From the NCBI GenBank assembly GCA_020536535.1, contig JAHLWZ010000579.1, positions 78,832 to 142,831 on the forward strand: a stretch of DNA of 64,000 nt. Reading direction: 5' to 3'. The notes beneath the pieces are model-generated. The model saw only the letters and a list, made by a program, of their open reading frames with translations. It made no database searches and was not told the origin of the DNA. Each line of letters starts with the position of its first letter. Position 1 is the stretch's first letter. Below are positions 36,549-46,781 of the stretch, one piece after another. The position numbers and the translations under genes were made by a program. This stretch comes from Pelomyxa schiedti (lineage: Eukaryota; Protista; Evosea).

Positions 36549-37759
36549 ATGATCGACCCCACGACGACATCCGCCAGCACCACCAGGATTGGCCCGCCTC
36601 CTCTGCCCGAGCTGGGCGTCGCGACGCGGCTCAGCGCGAGCTCGCAGTACATCTCGTTCGCGCTGTGCCTGAGCCCGCGCGCGGGGGCCCGCAGCGCGGC
36701 GGGCCTGCTCACGCCGCCGCTGGTGCACTACATCGCGAGGAAGTACGTCCTCGGGGGGCGCCACGTCGCGCTCAAGTTCTACGTGCCCGGGCGCCCCGAG
36801 CTCGGCCGCGCCGAGGACACGCTGTACGTCTCGCTGTTCGTGTCGCCGACGCTGGGCGTGACCCGCGGGTGTCCCGCGTCCCCGGCGACGTGCTCGGGTG
36901 GATCGACGAGCGCACCGCCATCGTGATGCTGGAGATGCGCGTCAGGATCTGGGACGTCGACGAGGCCAGGTTCGTGCACTCGATGCAGTACTCTCCCACA
37001 ATCAGCCTGCAGCAGTTTGTGTGCAACAAGCGGTGGATCGTGTGCGTCGACCGGGCCACCCGCCGCCTCTTCATCTGGAAGGTTTCGCCCGGTGGCGGCG
37101 GCAGCAGCAGATCCCCGGTCCCGGTCGAACCCCCAGTCTCGGCCGAGATCTTCCCGCCGTGGGACGAGGCCAAGCTGCACTTCACGGCCACCGAGGACGG
37201 AATCTCCACGTGCGACGAGCTGTCGATTCTGCTAAAGGACACCGAGGCCACCAAAGGCTGGTACCTGCAGAAACTGGACCTTTCCAGGGCCTTTGGCGAG
37301 GCCGACGCGTCGTCGGCTGTGTGCCTGCCGATAATCTGCCACGACAACACACCCAACAGGGAAATCCTGCCGTGCAACAAGACTCTGGTGGCCAAGGGGA
37401 CTCTGATTGTGCCGTTCCTGAACCCTGACACGACCTCGGCTTACTTGATAAACGTGGACAAGAACAAAGCCAGGCGCGTGCCGAACATTTCGGTGATTCA
37501 TTGCATAGACATCACGCACTTTGGCTTGGTGCCCACCACGAACACCAGCTCCCTGGTTGTGTACCACACGCACACGTACCCCACGCCGACGTTCACCCAC
37601 AAAATCCCTGGGAATTACCGCTGTGGGCACGGGTTTATATACCACCATCAGAGGACTTCTACGCACAATCAAGTAATGCAAGTTATAGACGCCACATCCG
37701 GCACCGTGGTACTTACCCTCTCAGGCTTCATCCTGCAGTTCTTTGTGTATGTTTATTAG
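36549..37759 (+). CDS. Hypothetical beta-propeller-like protein with an N-terminal HxRCG-type motif; apparent frameshift near 36867
   Basis: Two overlapping GC-rich ORFs (36549-36926 and 36665-37759) join if one extra G is added in CGCGGGTGT. The N-terminal part reads SASSQYISFALCLSPRAGARSAA. Confidence 0.6.
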
Positions 37760-37855
37760 CGCGTGTAAAGTAATTAATTACCTGTTTTGGATACTCTGTT
37801 ACTTGCGTACACCCAAAAGAGAAAAAAACCTTTTGGAAGAAAAAAAAACCAATCA

Positions 37856-40800
37856 ATGTCCACCTGCAATACAACAACAGGAAGTCCCCCCACAGAAACA
37901 ACCAAGGGCAGTGGTTCAAGAGGGCTTACAATTTCAAAGAAGCTGGGCTATGTGGTCACAAACTTTGGGCTGGAATTCGCGGCTAGTGTGTGGGGCCTGT
38001 TTTGCATTCATTTTATGACAGATGTGGCTGGGTTGAGTGCGGCCAAGGCTGGATGGGTGTGTGGGGGTGTTTCTTGCTTTACTACTCTATGTTTCTACAA
38101 CGAGGGTGGTTTTTTCATAGTGTTCTGATTCCAAACCTTCTTTTTTGGGGTGCTTCAAAAGGTCAATATGTTGTATAGGTGGTGGGGTAGGACCTTTCAT
38201 TGCCTGTAAAACTGTAATTTACTTGGTCTACAGATGCTCTGAATGACCCGATTGTGGCACAGATGTCTGATCACACTCATCACAGGATGGGAAGGAGGAG
38301 ACCCTATATGATGTATCTTATTTTTTAACATTACTTCAATTCCACTTACTTGGTTATCCATTCCACAATTCAGGTACATGGCTGTTCCTTACGGCATCTT
38401 GTGGTTCATCAATTGGTTTGTACCAAGTTCGAGTCAATGGGCCCTGTTTTGGTGGTTCCTACTCATTCAACTGGTATTCAATATGCTTTCTTTTTTTGAT
38501 AATCTAAGTGTAAAAATGTAGGGTTCCGACTTAGCTTTTACGTGTATCAATGTGCCTCATCTCGCACTCCTTAATGATCTTACCGACGACTATAAAGAGC
38601 GATTTCAAGTAAACACATTGCGTATAGTAGCTTCTGTGTGTGGCCAAGTGACCTCTTTTGTCATGGTGGCAATTCTTACCTCACTTATAACCAATGTATC
38701 AAGGCGATTTCAGGTTTGATTACCCTTCTATGGCAACTATATCCTTGTGGATTATAACATGAAAGAAAGGTGATTGGGCTATTTGTGTGCGTAGTGATTA
38801 TTGTATGTGTAGAGACAAGTGTCTATTGTACCGCCGGAGCTGCGCACTCCCAACCACCTGTAGAGCAAACCCCAGCTCATTCGATGTGGATTCTTAACAG
38901 CTTGATAACAATGGGAAGATCGATGAAACTCTTGCTATCTGTGCAAGAGTACAGAGTGACTCTTGGTTCGTATTATTATAGTCTTTCCGAGAATGAAATA
39001 ACGTCAGCAAGGGATTTACGTTTTGAGTTCCGTCTGTATGCAACTCTCTCTTGTCATGGTTCCCTATTTCCTTCAGGTTTCTTTTTGGTTGTTCACTGTT
39101 TGGATTTCACTTATTGCTCTTCTTCTGTAACACAGAAGTTCATGTGGCTTCCAATGATCGAGACAGTGAAGATTTCCATTATAACCCTAGTATTTGCGCT
39201 TATTGCAGCAGTCACAATTCTTCGGTTGCTAAAGAGAGTTGATAAACGAACCCTTTATTTTGCCAGTGCTTCTGCCTGGGTGCTGTTCTACATCCTTGGA
39301 TTTTTCTTAGTGGGAAGAGTAAGCACTTCCATCTGAGTGAAGTATCTCACTCACGACAGACAAACTATTGGACGGTCCTCTTCCTAATCCCCCTTCTGGG
39401 AACTGGCACCGCTGCCACCTTCTTAATTCCCTTTTCAATGTTAAATGACAGTGCCGATTATGTAGAACTACATACTGGGAAGAGAATGGATGCACTGGCA
39501 TTTGGCTTAGCGCATGCCTCTCAAAAATTCACTCTTGGCTGTGCTGTGTTCATTTTTGAGACTGTTCTGGCAGTGAATGGATACAGCCCCAATGACTACC
39601 ATGTATTTTCTAACTCCTTTTTGCGTCTCTCACGTCAGATCAAAGAATGCAGAAGATGTCCCAGTTAGAGTTTTATGGGCAATTAAGCTTATGTTCACAC
39701 TTTTCCCTCTCGGGTTACTCACAACTGCACTTGTGGTGAACATTTTCAACCGAATAAGTGCTGTATCTCATGAAGCTGTTCTACAGCAACTGAAGCACGA
39801 TAGTGAAAAAGGGTCACTACAGGGTAACCATTTTACTTGTATTCATTTCTGATTTTATAAGGGAGGAGTATTGGTTCTCCACCTTTCATTACATACTTCC
39901 TTTTGGATGGTGTACGTTCCGATATCTTTAGTCAAGAACTAGATGCTGGCAATTTGCCTAACCTCAGAGAACTTATTCATAGTGGTACGTTTGTGCGAAA
40001 TGGAATCACTGCAGTCCCAAGGTTTCCTTCAAAAATTGTTTGTTTTTCCCTTACCTTCTTGGTTAGTATCACTGGATACGCCTTTATCCCCCATATCACT
40101 GGTCAGGATGCTGCGGCTAGTGGGGTTCTAGGATTGCGCTGGTTCAATCGGCAATTAGCCATTGGGAATGTTAGGTCGTATGTGGGCAAGACAAATGTCA
40201 ACATGGATTTGGACCTATCTAACCGCTTGGTGACTGTATTCGAGCACCATGTGAATCAGCACTCGACAACATTTCAGAGCTGTATGAAGATCCCACTTTA
40301 CCCATTACTCATGGGAAATATCAGATATGACCCGTGGAGCTGAAGTTATCAATCATTTTGGATGGCCTGTGACAACAGCGAAATACATTGGCCATCATTG
40401 GCTGTTCAATATTCTGAGCAAGATTCCTTTTGTATGCAAAAACTGGTTCAGCTATGAGTCCTTTATTATAGATGAAGCTATCAAAGGTGAAGGGTATGCA
40501 TCCTACAATTCACACTGACTCAAAAGTAGATCTTGCTCAACAACCTAAAGTTCAGTGGATAACTCTCGCTAGTCCAGATGGCGTTGTCCATATGGAAGGG
40601 GTAACAAAGAAATACCGAGACCTTTTGGTGCACCTTGATACAGAGAGTGTGTAGAAGTAACTGGTGTTTATTGTACTAACTTGCGCAGTTGGAAGGTACC
40701 GAAAAGCTAGCAAACAGTTAGGCCAAGAGGAATCACGAATTTACTGTGTAATAAGGTCGCCATACCTCCTAAGCACCTCACAGCTAAACCCTCCCAGTGA

Positions 40801-41952
40801 CCATGGAATGAGTGATGTTCATCATAATATTGAAGTCACATCAGAATTACAGGTGAATTGTTTACTGAGAAGTATTTAAAAATAAAAAAACCGCTAGGCA
40901 CACTATAGTTTCCGTGCATTCCGTTGTACACCATCCACAAATATTCTCAGCAGCAATCTTGACACACCTTGTGCCTTTTATAATAACTTTGACGTGATCA
41001 ACTGCATTAATGGGAACCTTATGAGTTTCTTGTACTTCAAGCATCCAACATTGGGGTGGAGGCATTCCCCAGAATATCAGCATTTACTTGCTTACCCCGC
41101 ACCAAATGGAGAACTGGTTTTTTCTTTCACATGGAAATGCGAAATCATAACGCATAGTCAGGTCAATCTACCAGAAGTGTTCTTGAAAACTCCCGGAATT
41201 CGATTTGTTCTGTTGAGGGCATCTTCACCTCTCACCGTTCTTCTCCTAAGTATACATGGGAAGGCAGAGGTATGTCAACTTTACTATGGCGAAATTAACT
41301 CGCCTAGCTAAGTTCTCCTGATGGTATATCTTTTTCCTACACTGTGGAGTCGGAAGATCCACTACAAGAGGGAACTAAACCATATCCACTGTCTAACACT
41401 GGCCTGTGAGTAGATGCAACCGCCGTTTTGATGTGAAAATTTCACTAATATCTGGGCAGCCATCACATCAGGGAGTGGTTAGCCAGTACTTATGATTCAG
41501 CTTTTCCCTTGGCACCCTGCAGACTTTGGAGATTGTTTTTCAATTCCTATGCACAGACAGGTTTCATTCCCTTCTTCTCCTTATCAGTTTCCAGCATAGT
41601 TATTTACTTTGCTGAAAATTCAAAAAAAGGTGACATCGTGCTCGTGGCTTCCGATCTCTACGATTTTGGAGAAAATTATGAAGTTTTCACTGGGAACTAC
41701 CGTGGTGGACATGGTGGAATCTCACACGAGCAACTGTGCGTGCCATTTATCCTCAGCGGCCCTGGAGTAAAACCAGGGGTAGTTCTGGACACAGCACTGG
41801 CAGAAGATGTGGGACAAACTGTGCTGCATCTGTTGGGATGTACAATAAGTGAGATATCTCTGCCCCCTTTTTTTTATTCTCCCTCTCAACTACTACTAGA
41901 CAGCAACCCTGAAGCCGGCGTTGTACTCTCCCCAGCCCTGGAACACAATTAA
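37856..41952 (+). CDS. Fusion of a GPH/MelB-type MFS transporter and an alkaline-phosphatase-superfamily (nucleotide pyrophosphatase/phosphodiesterase) domain
   Basis: MFS motifs KKLGY, DALNDPIVAQMSD...GRRRPY, NVPHLALLNDLT, SMLNDSADYVELHTGKRMDAL. A 38-nt intron (39824-39861) joins in frame to FITYFLLDGVRSD, PSIT, SPDGVVH, ISDHG, RGGHGG and VPFILSGPGV. Confidence 0.85.
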
Positions 41953-42092
41953 ATGCCTTTTTAATGCTAGTTTGTTGGTTTCGTTAAAACACGTTTGCTT
42001 TGGCATAATTACCAACTTTTTGCTTCTTTTTTTCAGCACAGTTGTGTGAAACACACAATTAAACTCATCCCTTGCTCCATCTTAGCACAGAA

Positions 42093-42857
42093 TCAAGGAT
42101 ATCTCGCTGCCAAGATTCCAACGAATCTCTCCACAACATCAATGTTTTGAATTGGAACGTACTGCGGATCATGTTCAAGAAGGAGTGCATGGTATTGTCG
42201 GTAATGAAGAAACTTTACGGCAGTTACTTCAGTTGCCTGAAGTCTCATTGTGCTTATGTCAAGTCCATCCATTTGCAAAAGATACACATCAACCCATTCC
42301 TGGGGAAAAAGTTGGTGTGTGAGGCCTGTTGGAGGGAAGGTTTACCTTGTTGATAAATGTACCACCGTTCAGTACAAAACTCTGGAAATGTGTAAATAGC
42401 AGCTCGAGCTTGGAACCATCAACAACGAGGCCAAGCTCCTCTTCCAATTCCCTCAACGCACTCTCTCTGCTATCATCCCCAGCGGAGATGTGTCCAGCTT
42501 GTGACCAACTGTAAATAACCGGAACGGTACAATGGCATTGTGCACTATGGGTCACACCTTACCTGAGGATATATCCCACATTCCAGGAAAGGAATCTTTC
42601 TTCCAATGCCTCTGCTGCAACAATAGGTTTCCCTTGCTGCATTTTGCAATTGTTACAACAATGTTGCGAAAGCTCATTCGCGAATAGCATTTTTTTCATT
42701 TGGGAATGGGTCGGTGGCGGCATCACCTGTCCACTATCCAGGTGTGCACGACTCTGTGTGGTCTCCCTTCCTTGTGGGCCTGCGATCTCGTCACAACTCG
42801 CCCCGTTTTTGCCCCTGTCGTCTCGTCCAACTCATCAAAGCACTCTTCGGTGGCCAT
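42093..42857 (-). CDS. NUDIX hydrolase (IDI-like subfamily)
   Basis: MATEECFDELD...HRVVHTWI, LLLQQRHWKKDSFPGMWDISSAGH, and Nudix box GHISAGDDSRESALRELEEELGL. Confidence 0.9.
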
Positions 42858-43116
42858 TTCTCTGTACAATCACAGATTCGGCCTCGGCTTCGCGTATCTC
42901 TGCTGTGATAAGTAGCACAAGTTACCATCTTCGTAATATCCGAACAGAACAAAGAGTTGGTGAGTTGGGTAGTCACAAGTAGTACTGAGTTGGAATTTTC
43001 TGAACTCGGCTTCATAAAGCGGAATTTTCGCAAGAAAAGCTTTCTTTCACAATTAATTTAAAATAAAAACACAACAACACACGCAATACACGCTTCGCTT
43101 CTTGATTGCTACTACA

Positions 43117-43845
43117 ATGGAGAACAACAACAACGAGACGTCATCGATGAGCGACCTACTTACTGAGTACGCAATCCAAGAAAATGGATCTTTCTTGAGT
43201 TCTAACTTTCAATCCTCGTGTTGTCAACAACACGCAACAGCAGCAAACAAACAACATCAATGTCGTGACTCTACTTCATCTACAAGTTCCCCTACGACAT
43301 GTTGTTTCGTTTCCGATAGAAAGTTTGCTGATGGACGGTTGTTGAAACAACCCGAAGGATTCGACGACAAGAATGACAACACCGCTTCCGAATGCGGTAA
43401 TTGCAACTGCTTTCCTGGTACTTGTTCAAGTTCTTCCTCAACAACAATGAGCTGTAGCAGCAGCCAAGCTAACAACGAGGTTATTTGCTATACAATTCCA
43501 GACTTCGTTGCAATAAGAAAATCACTGTGCGACGCTGCGGCGCTTGCTTCTCTTTCTAAAGAACTGGACAGCTTGTGGGTATCACCTTCCCACACCAAAG
43601 CTCCAACACCAACACCAACAACTATCGGTGAGAATATCGCCGAGAGCAGAAGCAGCAATCACCACGCAGAAAAAAACAGTCACCTTATGATGAATCACCC
43701 ACGCATTCAACAAACAAAACCGGTGTCACCCTACCAACCAAGTGCCGCACCTCAGAGGAGAATACGGCGCTACTGCAACCTTGAAGTCAATGACTTCCCC
43801 AGCAATGACCTCCCGGCATTGGAATGTTGTTGCACAAATCATTGA
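43117..43845 (+). CDS. Hypothetical intronless Ser/Cys-rich protein
   Basis: A 242-codon ORF between NUDIX and the Rho gene. No recognised domain. Confidence 0.55.
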   Translation: MENNNNETSSMSDLLTEYAIQENGSFLSSNFQSSCCQQHATAANKQHQCRDSTSSTSSPTTCCFVSDRKFADGRLLKQPEGFDDKNDNTASECGNCNCFPGTCSSSSSTTMSCSSSQANNEVICYTIPDFVAIRKSLCDAAALASLSKELDSLWVSPSHTKAPTPTPTTIGENIAESRSSNHHAEKNSHLMMNHPRIQQTKPVSPYQPSAAPQRRIRRYCNLEVNDFPSNDLPALECCCTNH

Positions 43846-44029
43846 CACTCTTCAATGATTCAAACCAGACCAACCACATCCCAAACAACAGGGGTGTGCC
43901 ACTGTATTGTATTTTTATCCAAAAAACCAAAGAAATTAAAACAAAATAAACCCAAGTAAAACTTGAAGGAACCTTTTCTTTTCGTTCACGCGTTTTCCGG
44001 TTTTTTCGAAGGTGTCACTACTGTTGGGA

Positions 44030-45439
44030 ATGTTTGTGGTTCCAGCACTGAGAGGTGTTGTGTCACTGGACGCGGAAGTGTTACAATTCCGCAGAGTTAT
44101 TACATTTCTGTGTGGTTACCACCCGCGATGCGGCTCGAACAGGTTTTTCAATTTAGTTTCTATTTTACTCCAGGTGACCGACTTGAAAGTTGGGTCTGGA
44201 ACCTGCCTCCTCATTGTGCACAAAGAGTCGTGGCTCTATTGGGAATATTGCCAACCTGTACTTTTTTTTTAACCCCTTTGCGTTCATTTTCGTCACCCTT
44301 TAAGGTCAGGCGTGGGTTGAATTCCAAGACGCTGTCAATGTGAAATGTGTGGTTGTTTGTCAACACAATACATCATCCCCCATTAATTAAAGCCTAGACA
44401 TCCTTCAAAAACATCCATACGAACAAGATTCAACAAAGCAGACCCTATATTGGTACTACTCAGAATCTCATATTTTTAAAAATACCTATCCTTTTTTATT
44501 TTTCCTAGGAGGGAGACAGCCAGTACCAGTCTTTCAAGACGTTCCCTATCAGTACTCACCACTTTCGTGTCCACCACTCTCCGTGATACCCTTGCGGATT
44601 GCGTTTGTTGGGGATTCCTTGGTTGGAAAGGTTTTGTGGAGTGTTTAGCTTAACCTCTCACTATCACACAGACATCTATATTGTATTCCTTCACCAACAA
44701 TTGCTTCCCAGGTTTTTTACATTTTAGAGACAAATAAAGCCCACTGAAGTCCACTAAGATGACTATGTGGGCACTACATTTGATTCTTTCTCGACTAATC
44801 TAGTCTATCACGGGACTTGTAAAAATTTACTGGTATAACCTTACAAACTGGCGTTCTAACATCAATTACACCAGATGCTTGACACAAGTGGTGCAAAGGG
44901 AAAAAACGAATTTAGATTACGAAGTACCACCATTTCCTCCTCAACTCCCTCCCTCCTATTTTGCCCGAAACTAATTACCAGGCTATGCATGTGCACAATG
45001 TGTTGTTCTTTGTTTCAATTGTGTTGATAGAGAATCTCTCGAAAGCTGCAAAAATTTCTGGTACAACGAAGTCATTGAATATTGCCCAAGTATGTAGCCG
45101 GTTCTCCCCCCCCTTTTTTTTCTGCATTGATTCTCCAAGATGTACCCAGACTTCTTGTGGCAACGAAATATGGTACACTTTTTCCCCTCACAATCTTATA
45201 CTAACTATAGACCCTTTCAAATAGACATCCCAACACTTCATGAGCCAAATGGCCCCCCAATGGTTTCAAAGGATACAATTGAAGCTACTTCCAAACAGAT
45301 GGGCTGCTTCTCTACCCAATGTGGCTTTTCTGAAAGAACTATTTCTTCTCTCTGATAATTCGCTCTAGATTGCAGTGCCTGGACACAGGAAGGCCTGATA
45401 GGTACATTTCACACAATTCTCTCCCGCATTGGTGTGTGA
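44030..45439 (+). CDS. Atypical Rho-family GTPase with an N-terminal HxRCG-motif extension
   Basis: Spliced G1 AFVGDSLVGKT, switch I DDYVGTTFD, G3 LDTSGA, YACAQCVVLCF...WYNEVIEYCP, G4 ATKYD, G5 CSA. The N-terminus contains FLCGYHPRCGS. No CaaX was found in any plausible terminal splice form. Confidence 0.8.
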
Positions 45440-45672
45440 GTTGCAATCGATGCAATTGTACTCACATTTTGCCAGGCTCCTAAGTCAAGTTCGCGCCTCG
45501 AGCTGCAAATCTAGTTTGGCCATAGCGGAAGTGCTGGGATAATCAACAACCACACCTTTGTCCAAAAAAGTTAGTTCAACTAAAAGAACTTTCTTTTAGT
45601 TTCGCTTTGGTTTGGTTGTTGTGATCATCAAACCACCAGGCCCCTCAAGCACAACCAATAATACACACAAAC

Positions 45673-46568
45673 ATGTCACTTGGAGACGTTGCTTCTGCGG
45701 CCGTTTCGGTAGCGGGGATGGTGCTGGGCGCAGGGAAGGACAAGTACCCACAGCCGTGCTTCCGAGACCTTGGGGGTCCCTCGTGCAAGTTCAGGCTGAA
45801 ATTCAGGGCTGGAATGAGCACAAAAGTGAAGAGTTGGGTGGACAACTGTTGAAAGTCTTCTCGTTTGGGTGCCCTGCAAATGTGTTTGTGCCTGCCTGGT
45901 TTATAAATACCGAAGAGGAAGTGGGGAGGAGAAGAATTGTGAGGAGTTCCCAGTGGAAAGGGCAGTGGGGGACTCCCACCAACTAACAAATGACTCAGAT
46001 ATAAAACCAAAAAGAGTTTCCATCTGCCACACATACTCTACAAATCCTGAGGGAAGCGTGTGGGCCTTCATAGTTCAGGTTCTTTCTAAAAATCATCATC
46101 AAGTGATAATGATTGTGACCCTCCCTCACAGTGCCTGGGGATTGATGGATCATACGTGCAAATGAAACCGCTGAAAAAGCGGCCCTCCAATTGGAAATTG
46201 GTGCACGTCAATACCCTTGATGCCCAAACAACGTACGAAAAAATCCCCTTTTCCGTTCCCTCCTCCCACAATCCCAACCCAACCCACAAACTAAGTTCCC
46301 ACCAAGATACGAGAGACTGAAGCCCGAGGAGGAAGAGGACGACGATGACGACGAGGACGAAGGCGACGACGGCGACGACGGCGACTACGACGCAGACACA
46401 GCAGCGCCCACATTCGACGTGAGTGGCGGCGGAAGCGGCGGCGGGGGAGGAGGCGGTGGTGGAGGCTCCGACAACGGGTGCTGCTCGTGCTGTGATTGTG
46501 GCGGTGGCGACTCCTCGTGTTGTGATTGTGGGTCGTGCTGCTGTGATTGTGACTGCACAATCCTGTGA
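45673..46568 (+). CDS. Hypothetical protein with acidic and Gly tracts, a Cys-string and CaaX (CTIL*)
   Basis: The last exon reads YERLKPEEEEDDDD...GGGG...GCCSCCDCGGGDSSCCDCGSCCCDCDCTIL*. It is not in the supplied ORF track because the exon has no start codon. Upstream exons are approximate. Confidence 0.7.
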
Positions 46569-46781
46569 AAAAACTGTTCGTTGTATTGGAAGCTCAGCCT
46601 TAGTGAATACCTTTCAAAAAAAAAGCTTGCCTGCCAAACTGGACGTCGTTTGAACGGTGATGATTCACCCGACGTGAATTTCTCTTATGCGAACAAAAAA
46701 GGAAGAAAACCCAAAGGATTGAGGGTTTCCATACCACTCCAACTAAAAACTAACGACAAACACAACCACCATATAAGCAAC

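Noticed and set aside
44585-44630. IAFVGDSL as a GDSL/SGNH lipase motif
   Set aside because: After splicing it continues VGKTSIL, and G2-G5 motifs follow. It is the P-loop of a Rho-like GTPase.
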